In this document: positions 1 through 9,297 of the stretch, in pieces
Numbering within the stretch: the first letter of the stretch is position 1
Layout of the letters: each line of letters begins with the position of its first letter
Source: Vulcanimicrobiota bacterium
Lineage (GTDB): Bacteria; Vulcanimicrobiota; Vulcanimicrobiia; Vulcanimicrobiales; Vulcanimicrobiaceae
NCBI GenBank assembly: GCA_963714015.1
Contig: OY970223.1
Coordinates: forward strand, 3,456,001 to 3,520,000
Length of the DNA stretch: 64,000 bases
Reading direction: 5' to 3'
Position numbers and translations under genes: made by a program
Notes under the pieces: generated by a model
Databases searched by the model: none
What the model was told of the DNA's origin: nothing
The model's input: the letters and a program-made list of their open reading frames with translations, nothing else

Positions 1-1530
1 GGCGATCGCATCCGCGTTCTGCGTATTCCAATTGACGCTGCCGCCGTCGTTTTGGAACTCCAAACCCGACGTTGCGGTTCCGCCTGCGCTGAGTGTAATT
101 GCCGTACCGTTGGGATTGGTAAATATCGTCGAGACGTTGTAGCCCACGATCTGAAAAGCTTTGGATGCCGCGACGTCCCCGGCGTTCGGCGCCGTTCCGG
201 CGGCCCCGGTGATGCCGGCCTTGTCGTAGAGCGTCAGGGTATAAGCGTCGTTGGGATAATTCGTGGGCGTCTGATTGTTCGTGAACGTCCAGTTGACGTT
301 GGTCGTCGTTCCGGCCAGATTATTTACGTCGTTGCTGTAGACGACCAATCCGTTCGGATCGCTGATGATCTCGCGGTAGCTGTGCCCGTTCGTGAGACCG
401 GTTACCTTCGCGGCAAAACCGGAGTCCGAGTTTTCGGTCGTCGAGTCGAAGGCAAATATGGCGGAAGGCGTCGGTGCAGCCGGTGCCGGGGACGGCGCTG
501 CCGTACCGCTCGCACCCGCTACGCCGGTCATGCTTATCGCGCCCGATGCGCCGTTCTTGACGACGGAAAACTGAATTTGCGCGACGCGCTGATTTGCGGT
601 CGTGTCGTAAAGCACGAGCGAATACGTGCCCGTAGCCTCCGCCGCCGGAATCGTCCAGGAGCCGTTGAAGGTCCCGAGCGCCGGCAGACGCGCAACGGCG
701 GAGTCCGGATTACACAGCCCTGCCGGCGGGTTGCCGCCCGGCGAGGGGAACAGGAAAACGCAGGTCGGCGAGGTCGACGTCGATTCGATGTAATACGCGT
801 AGTCGTCGGCGCCTTGCAAGCCGCTGTCGCTGAAGTACACCGTCTGTCCGCCGGTGAAATTCGTCTCCGGCACGGTGTCGTACTGATCGGAGAACGTCTG
901 CAGCGTATTCGTGTTTCCGACCTGAATGTACGCGACGTCGATCCAGAAACTTCCCGTCTTGTCGTATGTCCCGAGCACATACGTGCCGTCGACGTTCAGC
1001 GTTTGAATGTTGCCGCCGTCGCCGTTCTTGACCAAGTAAGCCGCATAGGCATTGAACGCCGTCGGGTCGTTCGGCGGCAGATAGACGTCTTCGACGGAGT
1101 CGTTACCGTTGAGCGCGCCGTTGCCGAACGTCGACCACCATTGGATCGTACAAGGATTGCCGAAGATGTAGTTTCCGTATTCCAGACAGCCCGTGTTGAT
1201 GTTGACGGTACTGCCGGTCGCGGACATCGGATGCCGGTGTCCGGAAAGAATGTCCGCTGCGCTGAAGGTGTTGGCGCGCGTTTGCTTAGGCAGCGGTGCG
1301 AGTTGCCAACGCGGAAGCCGCGCGACCACCGTTCGCTGCATGCGCACCGCACTGGGAACGTTCGTTCCCGAAAGGCCTTGGAGCGGGGCAAGGGTCGCAA
1401 CCGGCCTTACGGGGGCGGGACTAGGATGCGCGATAACGTGCAGCGTGGGGCCGACGGCGGCCACAGCGACTGCGCCGCCGACGAGCGCCAGGAATCCCGC
1501 GATGAGCGCTGCGCGCACGTTACTGAACAT
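1..1530 (-). CDS. Large secreted beta-rich adhesin-like protein (5' part; runs off left edge), probable tip adhesin of the chaperone-usher-like cluster
   Basis: Absent from the ORF track because it has no stop in the window. My translation from ATG 1530: MFSNVRAALIAGFLALVGGAVAVAA (signal peptide), then ~510 open codons of Thr/Asn/Gly-rich Ig-like strands (e.g. GSWTIPAAEATGTYSLVLYD, YTLTLYDK). TGATG overlap with the upstream pilin stop. Confidence 0.8.
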   Translation of the reverse strand, partial: MFSNVRAALIAGFLALVGGAVAVAAVGPTLHVIAHPSPAPVRPVATLAPLQGLSGTNVPSAVRMQRTVVARLPRWQLAPLPKQTRANTFSAADILSGHRHPMSATGSTVNINTGCLEYGNYIFGNPCTIQWWSTFGNGALNGNDSVEDVYLPPNDPTAFNAYAAYLVKNGDGGNIQTLNVDGTYVLGTYDKTGSFWIDVAYIQVGNTNTLQTFSDQYDTVPETNFTGGQTVYFSDSGLQGADDYAYYIESTSTSPTCVFLFPSPGGNPPAGLCNPDSAVARLPALGTFNGSWTIPAAEATGTYSLVLYDTTANQRVAQIQFSVVKNGASGAISMTGVAGASGTAAPSPAPAAPTPSAIFAFDSTTENSDSGFAAKVTGLTNGHSYREIISDPNGLVVYSNDVNNLAGTTTNVNWTFTNNQTPTNYPNDAYTLTLYDKAGITGAAGTAPNAGDVAASKAFQIVGYNVSTIFTNPNGTAITLSAGGTATSGLEFQNDGGSVNWNTQNADAIA

Positions 1531-2240
1531 CACCAGTACACCGTGTAAGTAGCGGTCGTGCTGTAAGATCCGGTCGGAACGGAGGCGGGAATCACGATGC
1601 TGAGATCGACGCAGTAGGTCTTCATGCCGCCGGCGGTCGCGACGTTCTGCCACGCCGTAGGATATACGGTGAAGGGCGAAGCCGTCGGCTGCGGCGTCGC
1701 GCCGGCGTAATTATCGCGGCTCACGTTCTTCCCGGGAAAGCTCGTTGCCGACGAAGACGGATTCTGCGCTAGCCCGTCCTTCAGAGTCCATGAGGTCTGC
1801 GCGCTGTCGACAGTGACTTGATACGCGCACGACTGCTTGAGCGTCGTGCCCGCGGTGCCGTTCAGCGTGACGATCGGGTTGTTGGTATAGAGCAGGGTCC
1901 CCATTGGATTGGGGGAGACTTCCGCTTCGACTTTGAGCGCCGACTGCGTCTGCTGCGCAACGAGCACGCTGCCGCGTTCGAATGCGTTGCCGTCGACGTA
2001 GCCGGCCGACCCCTTCGCGCGCAGCGCGATGTGCGCGGCGATCTGCGGAGCCGATACGGGCGGCCCTGCGTCTGCCGGAGCGGGCGCCTTTGCGACGCCG
2101 GTGATGTTCATGAGAATCGTGACTTGGATCTGGTCGCGCTGAGTCTGCCCGACGCCGGCTTGCGAATGACCGCCGAACGCCGCGAAGATCGCTGCCACCG
2201 CCAGTGCTGCGAAAGCTCCTCGCTTGAGCGGCCGGTTCAC
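1530..2240 (-). CDS. Minor pilin-like secreted protein (Csu/spore-coat-U-like C-terminus)
   Basis: Signal peptide. C-terminus VPTGSYSTTATYTVYW resembles the final strand of archaic chaperone-usher pilins. GTG at 2240 overlaps the upstream TGA (ORF track start 2267). Confidence 0.7.
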   Translation of the reverse strand: MNRPLKRGAFAALAVAAIFAAFGGHSQAGVGQTQRDQIQVTILMNITGVAKAPAPADAGPPVSAPQIAAHIALRAKGSAGYVDGNAFERGSVLVAQQTQSALKVEAEVSPNPMGTLLYTNNPIVTLNGTAGTTLKQSCAYQVTVDSAQTSWTLKDGLAQNPSSSATSFPGKNVSRDNYAGATPQPTASPFTVYPTAWQNVATAGGMKTYCVDLSIVIPASVPTGSYSTTATYTVYW

Positions 2241-2896
2241 GACGCCACCACCGTGTAGACGATCCAAACGTAGTAATTCACGGTGCCGGACGTAGCGGCC
2301 GCATTGGGAACTTTGAGCTCGTAATCCTGATAGATGTCGCCGCTCTCCGAAGACGAGCTGTCGATCGGAGCCGGATACGTCCCGTAGGTGATCGTCGGCG
2401 GAACTCCGGATTCGGGCTGCGCGGGATTGACCGCTCCACCCGTGACGTTAAACGGAAAACCTGCGCTGAAACCGGTATTGCCGTCGCCGCTGGCGACGGA
2501 GGGGACCCAATATAATGTTTGATTCAGATTCATGGTGTTGGCGCCGCCGTCCGAAAAGTTTGCGGCGCCTTCGCCGTAGAGGTTGAATCCCGAGCTGTCG
2601 TTGCTGCTGACGTTCACGTGAGCGGCGTACTTGTAGAGGTAGTCCACGCCGGCTTCGATCGCGCCGAAGTCGACCGCGCAACTGTTCGCGCACGATCCGG
2701 GTCCGGGCGCGGGCGTCGGCTGGGTGCCGAGCGCGGCCTTAACTGTTCCGTAACCTGCGTTATAGTTGGGCGTCAGCGTCATCGTGATAATCGCGTTGGT
2801 ATACCACGCAACTTTCACGCTACCGGCTGCCGAGGCCGGCGCGATTGTCAAAACCGCAGCCAGCGCCACCACACAGGAGCCAATCCAGGCTCGCAA
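2237..2896 (-). CDS. Minor pilin-like secreted protein
   Basis: Signal peptide ending APASA, N-terminal strand AGSVKVAWYTN, CxxxCAVDFG motif, terminal strand WIVYTVVAS. TTG at 2896 is best spaced from the AAAGGAG SD (alternative GTG 2905). Confidence 0.7.
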   Translation of the reverse strand: MRAWIGSCVVALAAVLTIAPASAAGSVKVAWYTNAIITMTLTPNYNAGYGTVKAALGTQPTPAPGPGSCANSCAVDFGAIEAGVDYLYKYAAHVNVSSNDSSGFNLYGEGAANFSDGGANTMNLNQTLYWVPSVASGDGNTGFSAGFPFNVTGGAVNPAQPESGVPPTITYGTYPAPIDSSSSESGDIYQDYELKVPNAAATSGTVNYYVWIVYTVVAS

Positions 2897-2935
2897 CGCG
2901 CACACTCCTTTGTTAGTTGTACTGCTTGGTCTGAA

Positions 2936-3739
2936 CTAGTGCGTTTCGAAAGCGACCTCGCCGCCCGTCATCGATTTCCCGCCGTAATCCACCATCGCGA
3001 TTACTTGATACTTTCCGGGAGGCAGCGGTTTGCCCGAAACCTCGATCAGACGTTCTCCGCCGCGTTCGACCAACTCGTTGTTCGGAAGCGAGATCCGATC
3101 GACCGTTGCGCCATCCTTCTGGACCTCCAGTTGTCCGTTCAGATAGACGTGCATGTTGCCGGTATTCTTGAAAACGACCCGGTAGTTCTCGTCGCTCGGT
3201 TCGCTCACCACGTTCATCTTGGCAATCGCACCATCGATTTTTTCGGTGCCTGCGATCGTCAAGTAAATCTTGGTGGCGATTCGAGCCGAGAACGCTACCG
3301 CTCCCGCCCGGCGAACTGCTCGCGTTTGAAAGAAGACGATGCCCGAATACTCACCGCTGAGCGTTTTGTCGTCCGGCAAGTGCAGACTGAGCTGAACTTG
3401 CTGCGACGTTCCCGCCGGAAGGTCGAACTCGCGAGGGTTGATGAAGGCCCAACGCATCAGCGAGTTAAGTCGGCTTCCGACTGCCGCGATCTTGTATCCG
3501 CCGCTTCGATCGACCGTGAAGTCGACCATCGAGGCTTGAATGTGGGTCGCCGCCCCCGATTGATTCGACACGGTAACCGGTATGTTGTAACTCGTACCGG
3601 TAGGCGCCGAAAGATCCAGTTTTGCGGGCGAGACCGAGATTCCTAAGACACCGGCAGTTTGAGCAGGTGCTCCGGATCCCATAAGAAGTGTCGCAAACAG
3701 TAACGCTATCGCTGAGATAATGACGCGAGAATGCTTCAT
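2936..3739 (-). CDS. Periplasmic pilus chaperone (PapD-like two-Ig-domain protein)
   Basis: Start MKHSRVIISAIALLF. Motifs GISVSPAKLDL, VTVSN, W..INPREFDLPAGTSQQVQL, EYSGIVFFQT and second domain FKNTGNMH...LPPGKY are typical of PapD-N-like chaperones. Confidence 0.75.
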   Translation of the reverse strand: MKHSRVIISAIALLFATLLMGSGAPAQTAGVLGISVSPAKLDLSAPTGTSYNIPVTVSNQSGAATHIQASMVDFTVDRSGGYKIAAVGSRLNSLMRWAFINPREFDLPAGTSQQVQLSLHLPDDKTLSGEYSGIVFFQTRAVRRAGAVAFSARIATKIYLTIAGTEKIDGAIAKMNVVSEPSDENYRVVFKNTGNMHVYLNGQLEVQKDGATVDRISLPNNELVERGGERLIEVSGKPLPPGKYQVIAMVDYGGKSMTGGEVAFETH

Positions 3740-3804
3740 ATGAGATCGTTTCGGTCGCAGGGACACCCGACCCCGCAGCCTTTCGAGCTTTCCTTCGTTC
3801 AGAT

Positions 3805-4554
3805 TTAGTTTGTAACGACCGTGTAAGTAACGGTTCCGGAGTCGTTGGCCGTCTTGCCGGCGTTGGCCGGAAGCACGACCGCGTAATCCTCGCCGAAGTA
3901 TGCCGGGTTGGTCGTGTTGTCGCTCGTGTCGAACACAGTCGTGGCCGCACCGCCGGGAACGGTTTGCGCGTTCACGCCGGAACCGCCGTACTGCAGACCG
4001 GCACACGTCGCTCCCGACCAGTTCGCAGCGGTCGTGTCCGTGGTGTCGGTGGCTTTAGCAGCCGTGTAGTTCGAAGAGGAGACGCCCGCTGCAGCCCATG
4101 CAACCGGCGCGTTCGATTTGATCGCGATGCCGCAGATCGCCGCTCCGGCTTGAGCCGGTGCAGCCGTCAGCTGCTCTTGAACCACGACGCCGGAGGTGTC
4201 GTTCGTATTGATTTGTGCTTCCGCCGCGTTGAGACCGACGCAAACGGTCGGGGCCGACGCGCTCGGCGTGATGCCGCCGAAGTCCAGCGTCAAGGCCTGC
4301 GTGCCGTTGCCGGCGCCGCCCGCGCCGGGGCTCACGTTGCAGGTGCCGCCGCCGGGAACGGTGAGCGGCGCAAGGTTGTCGCTGCCGCCGGCGCCGGCGT
4401 TGTTGTAGTTACCTTCGAGAACCATCGTCGCGACTGCGGAGATGTTCCATTGAATTTTCACGGTGCCCGTTGCTGCCGCCGCTGCGGATGCGGGGGCCGG
4501 CAGACAGGCGGAGATTGCCACGAGTGCCGTTGCGAGCGTTAAGAGCTTTTTCAC
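3805..4554 (-). CDS. Probable major pilin of chaperone-usher-like pilus
   Basis: Strong SD (AAAGGA) and GTG start. Signal peptide, N-terminal donor-like strand ATGTVKIQWNIS, LDFG motif, four Cys in the mature part, C-terminal strand DSGTVTYTVVTN. Confidence 0.75.
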   Translation of the reverse strand: MKKLLTLATALVAISACLPAPASAAAAATGTVKIQWNISAVATMVLEGNYNNAGAGGSDNLAPLTVPGGGTCNVSPGAGGAGNGTQALTLDFGGITPSASAPTVCVGLNAAEAQINTNDTSGVVVQEQLTAAPAQAGAAICGIAIKSNAPVAWAAAGVSSSNYTAAKATDTTDTTAANWSGATCAGLQYGGSGVNAQTVPGGAATTVFDTSDNTTNPAYFGEDYAVVLPANAGKTANDSGTVTYTVVTN

Positions 4555-4560
4555 TTTTGA

Positions 4561-4600
4561 GATCCTTTCACAATGCGCAATTTAAATGCCGTCCATGGCA
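4561..4600 (-). promoter_or_regulatory. Putative CsrA/RsmA-type binding sites in the major pilin leader
   Basis: Minus-strand hairpin TGCC-ATGGAC-GGCA contains CATGGACG (CANGGANG consensus) with GGA in the loop. A second AAGGA lies in the SD. Confidence 0.45.
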
Positions 4601-4613
4601 AATGCGAAAAGCG

Positions 4614-7600
4614 TTACCTCAACGTTATCGGCACCTTCGATAGCCTAGTTAGTAAGAGACCGTGGTAAGGCTGTTCAGATATCTTTACAGTGAATACGAA
4701 TATATGCGGCGCGTTCGGCTTGGGTAAAGTCGTCGTCTGACCGTCCTGCCAAACGATGCGATCGCCTTCGTGCGCGGCGGCCAGAAAGCGCGCGTGCACC
4801 ACGACGTATTGGCCTTTGATGGGATGCTCCGGGGATGAGCTCGAAAGTATCCGGCCGGCGCATCGGGATCGACCACCAGCGTAGCGGACGCCGACAAAAG
4901 TCGTTTGCCGTGAATCGTGGCCGCTATCTTGTACGATCCGCTTTTCGCTGCCGCGGGAACGTCGATCTCACCTTCCCAACGCGACGTTAAGCGAGAGTAA
5001 TTCAGCGGATGCGTTTCGCCGAATGCAATTGCGGCGACCGACGTCGCTTCCTCGCCGGCCGTCACCGAAACGAGCGTTTCACCGCCGGGCGGCAGGCGAT
5101 CGTGCGCGATCTCCATCATCGCCGCTTCCGAGTCTTCGGTGGCTTTGAACGAGAACACGATGTTCTTCTGCTCCTTGCCGATCGTGAAGAGCAGGCCGTC
5201 ATGGCGTTCACCGGGCTCCAGCTCGACGCTCACAGGCGGCGATTCGTTGCCCGTTCCGTCCGGAAGGGTTTCCGGATCGACGTTGACGTTGTACGTTCCG
5301 GCCGGGAGATCGTCGATGAGGAAGCTGCCGTCGTCGTTCGTGATCACCGCGTGTTCGCCCGGCTCGGCGACGACGTAAGCGTTGGTGACGCCTTGATTTG
5401 CGAGATCTTTGCCCAGAGCGGGATCGTACACGAGTTTTCCGGCAATGGACCCGAGCGCGCTCGCGGTGAAATCAACGGGCGTGTATTGACCGTTTTGCAC
5501 GATCACGTCCTTGACTGCATCCGATGACGGAAATGACGCGTCCGCAGGCAGCGAGGCCATGTCGATAGCGACGGTGTGCTTTCCGGGCGCGAGGCGGCCG
5601 AACCCGAATGTGCCGAGCGCAGTCGTCGTTACCGTCGTTATCTGATCCAGTTTGATCTGCGCACCCGAAATGGGGTAGAGATCGCCGCTCGGCGTGCGGC
5701 CCATCACGTGCCCTTCGATTCCGCCGAAACTGCCGATTTGGAAGAGCACCTGCGCGCTCTGACCGCCTTGCACGTCGATTGGCGCATACGGTTGATCCGC
5801 CGTCACACCGCGCGGAAGGGACGCCGTCTCGATTCGGACTTCGTGGTGCCCGGGCGAAACCAAGTTGAATTGAAAATGGCCGAGCAGATCGGTTCGTTGC
5901 ACTTGCGACTCGTCGAGCACCACTTCGACGTTTGAGATGCCGTTCGAAGAAGCTGCGGATCCGACGAAGTTGGTGGCTCCGGCGACGCTGACGACACTGC
6001 CCGCGATCGTCGCCGGAAGATGCGGATTGGGCCTTCCGCTGACGGCGCCGGTTCCGAACGAGAAGGGCGCATCTACCTCCAAATTGATGATGCGCGAATG
6101 TCCGTCGACCGAAGGGTTGATCGGATCGTGCGTGAACTGTTCGCCGACGTTTAATCCGAGCGTCAGGGCCGGGGATATTGCGCGGCTGAAATTTACCAGC
6201 GGCGTAATCTGCAGCGCATCGCTCGCGGCCGTGCGCGTGTGCGTAAACGACGTACCGAACGAGACCGTATTGCGCAGTCCGATCTGCGTCGAGGTGTTGA
6301 TGCTGTTCGAAAGGATCACGGACCCGGCGCCCGACGACGTGCTGTTCAGCACCTGGCCGTTGTACGTAAACGCGAGTCTGCCGAGCTGCCGCTGCAGTGA
6401 GACGCCGTACTGCGAGTTCGATCCGGGCGCAAGGCCGGTCAGCCGCTGCAGCTGCCCCTGAAACAGCGCGTTCGTGCCGAACAATTCGGTCTGAAGTTGA
6501 CCCGAGACTCCGCCGGTCCACTGCGCCGGCGCACCTGCTTGCAACTGATGCTCGTCTTGCAGAGCCAAGCTGTAATCGACAGTGCCGCGCGAGCCCGTAA
6601 ACGTTAAAGAATCGCGGCGGGTCAGGATTTGGTCGGCGCCCTCTCCCGCTTTGTCCATCGATCCGTCGAAGGAGAGTGAGGAATTCGAAAGCGTCTTTCG
6701 GAACGACGTGTCGGCAAAGTCGTCGGCACTGACCACGCCGCCGCCGAGCGCCACGAAGCCGTCGCTTTGATGCCGCAGCGTCAAGCTGCCGTACGTGAGC
6801 GCCGATCCGAAGTCGCTGCGGAACTGGTAAGCCGAACCGGATGCCGGAGCGTCCGCGCCGGCGTTCTTCCGATTTTCGAACGCTGCCTCGAGCGTTTCGT
6901 CCAGGGGCCCCGACGCATGCGAAAAACCGAAAAGCGCCAAGCCTTCGCGCTCCGGCGTGGACTCCGACGCGGCTTGCATATAGCCGGCCTCGTAGATCGT
7001 CGAGCCGGTCGTCTTGCGGGCGCGAATACCGGCGAGCCGCGCCGTAAGCCCGTCCTCAATCGCAATCGGGCCTTGGAACGTCGTCAGATCGCCGCCGGCA
7101 AACGGTACGATGACTCCGAATCCCGACAGCGTGGAGCCGAGCGGGATCTGTCCGAGCAGTCCCAGCGGCTGCGCCTGATAGGTCAGGCCGACCTTCGGCG
7201 TGGCATACGTGATCTGAGGAAAGCCCAATCGAGTGGGACCCGAGCTCGTCACACCGAGAGGGACGTTCAACTGCGTCATCGTCGAGCCGGTCCGCCGGGA
7301 AAGCTGCAGCAGGATGCCGGCATTGCCTTCAGTTTGACTCTGACCGGTGGCGCCCGTGTCGGACCCCGCGAAACTGCTGCTCAGCATGTGCTCTCCCAGC
7401 GCGAGGTTGCCGCTCATTGCGAAGGTCAACGGCCCGCCCCGCGAGGCAGCCTTCTCTGAAGGCTTGGGAGTAGACGGAAGAATGGGGGCGGGCGTGGAGC
7501 CCGCGCTTGCAGCGATGGGCGCAGCCGGGAGCGCCTGCGCCGCAATCTGGGCGAGCGCCTGAATCGGGGCCGCAATTGCGGCGGGGATGTCGGAGCGAAG

Positions 7601-7690
7601 CCCGGCCGCTGTAAGCGAGCCGGCCATCATCGTCAATCCGGTAAAGCGCAGCCCGCGGGCGAGGCGCCGTTGGAAGTCCCGTCCCCTCAT
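4614..7690 (-). CDS. Usher-like outer-membrane beta-barrel with three Cna-B/carboxypeptidase-regulatory-like repeats and C-terminal Ig-like domains (two apparent frameshifts near 4830-4855)
   Basis: Amphipathic beta-strand region followed by three repeats G.I.G.V...T...G.F....L.PG.H.V.I...SLP. The C-terminus continues in ORF 4614..4802 (..KVPITLR). First gene of a pilin-chaperone operon. Confidence 0.7.
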
Positions 7691-7754
7691 CTGTGGTCCT
7701 TTACGTGTTCGGAGGAGGACGAACGGCGGTTAAGCCCCGGTTCTTAATATTGAC

Positions 7755-7781
7755 GCAATTTTTTCGGCTGGCGGCCGATAG
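7755..7781 (+). promoter_or_regulatory. Sigma28 (FliA/SigD)-type promoter of flagellin
   Basis: GCAA-N15-GCCGATAG versus consensus TAAA-N15-GCCGATAA, 42 nt upstream of the flagellin ATG. Confidence 0.65.
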
Positions 7782-7798
7782 TTGAGAATACAGAGATA

Positions 7799-7830
7799 GT
7801 TTCACGGAGGAAACCGCCTCTTCATGGATG
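7799..7830 (+). promoter_or_regulatory. Two CsrA-type sites in the flagellin leader/start
   Basis: Hairpin GTTTC-ACGGAG-GAAAC (CACGGAGG, covering the SD) and CATGGATG at the start codon. Both match CANGGANG, 20 nt apart. Confidence 0.55.
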
Positions 7831-9221
7831 TGCTCGGAGGCGCGAATCAGGTACAGCTAAACCTGTTTCGCACCCAAATGGATGAACGGACGCAGATTAA
7901 CGCGCTGGCCAGCGGCCTACGCGTTAATAATGCTTCTGACGATCCTTCCGGCTACGCCATCGCCGAAACCATCCAGTCCAAGGTCAGCGGACTGCAGCAA
8001 GGCGTGCAAAACGTCCAGGAAACCGGCAACCTGCTCAATGTGGCGGACTCGACGCTGAGCAACGTACAGCTCATCCTTCAGCGCGTCCACTCACTCGTCG
8101 TCGAAGCGGCTTCCACGCTCAACTCGCCCCAGCAGCTGCAATCGGTCCAGGACGAGATCGACGAGCTGCTTCAGGAAGTCAACAAGATTTCTTCCGGGAC
8201 CAAGTTCAACGGCATCAGCCTTCTGGACGGCTCCCTGAGCGACGCGCCGGCACAGCCCGGCTACTTTGAAATCATCAATCCGGACAGCAATCCGGACGGC
8301 TCGGTTCCTAGTCAGGACGTCTCCGATTCGCAAAACCCGGGACAAGCGCAGCCCGGTCCGCTCATTTTTCAGGATCCGAACTACCCGATGTTCGACACGA
8401 ACGCGCACTACGTCTCGGGTTACACCGAGATGCAGGTGGTCAGCTACAGCGACAATCCGACGCCCCCCGGCGGATCGCCGCTGGGAGTGCCCGGCGTCGT
8501 GATCAAATTCACGCAGTTCAGCACCGATCCCAACTTCGGCGGCACGAACGGCGCGCAAGAACAGGTTTCCTACGGCGCATACGCGGTCGACGCCGGACAG
8601 GTCGGACCGGGCTCGCCGCCTGGACTGAACATCAATAACGCGAGCGGTTCGGCGCCGATGCTGACGCCGGATCTCGCGAATCTTTCGGCGCAAGACGTCG
8701 GTGTCGCAATGGCGGTCGAAACGTTCTATGGGGCGCCGGCCGGCACGGGGACGCCGCTGACCGTCAACACCGGCGGATCGGAAGGCGATCAAATCTCCAT
8801 CAGTCTGCCGAACGTGAACACGAGCGCGCTCGACATCGCCGGCATCAGCGTTTTGCAGCCGGTCTACGTCGACGGAAACAACAACGTCATCGGAACCGGC
8901 GACAACACGCAGGCCGTCGACGACGCCGAGGCGCGCGTGAACAATGCAATCAACTTGATCGATCAGGCCCTCGCGCAGGTGGGAGCGCAAAACGTCGCCA
9001 TGCAGGAAGAAGCGGACGGCGCTTCGCAGCAGATCGTCAACCAGGTCGCCAGCGAGAGCGCGATCCGCGACGACGACGTGGCGCAATCCACGACGCAGCT
9101 CACCAAAGATCAGGTACTCTCCCAAGTTGGAACGAGCGTGCTCGCACAGATGCAGAGCAGCGCGAAATTGGTCATTCGGCTCGTGACGGGATCGGCGATC
9201 GGCGGAGCGGGCCAAATCTAA
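7824..9221 (+). CDS. fliC: Flagellin (acidic, Pro/Gly-rich variable region)
   Basis: N-terminal LASGLRVNNASDDPSGYAIA...ILQRVHSL...TKFNG and C-terminal ASESAIRDDDVA...VLSQVGTSVLAQ flagellin helical domains. Confidence 0.9.
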   Translation: MDVLGGANQVQLNLFRTQMDERTQINALASGLRVNNASDDPSGYAIAETIQSKVSGLQQGVQNVQETGNLLNVADSTLSNVQLILQRVHSLVVEAASTLNSPQQLQSVQDEIDELLQEVNKISSGTKFNGISLLDGSLSDAPAQPGYFEIINPDSNPDGSVPSQDVSDSQNPGQAQPGPLIFQDPNYPMFDTNAHYVSGYTEMQVVSYSDNPTPPGGSPLGVPGVVIKFTQFSTDPNFGGTNGAQEQVSYGAYAVDAGQVGPGSPPGLNINNASGSAPMLTPDLANLSAQDVGVAMAVETFYGAPAGTGTPLTVNTGGSEGDQISISLPNVNTSALDIAGISVLQPVYVDGNNNVIGTGDNTQAVDDAEARVNNAINLIDQALAQVGAQNVAMQEEADGASQQIVNQVASESAIRDDDVAQSTTQLTKDQVLSQVGTSVLAQMQSSAKLVIRLVTGSAIGGAGQI

Positions 9222-9297
9222 GAGCGGAACGCGGCGGCACGTTTCAGCCTTTCTTCAGAGTTTACGATTAGTTACTCTGTGGAGAGGACTTTAGCGT

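Noticed and set aside
52..1548. 498-aa plus-strand ORF and many other long Arg-rich ORFs in the track
   Set aside because: Antisense or alternate-frame shadows of real genes in high-GC DNA.
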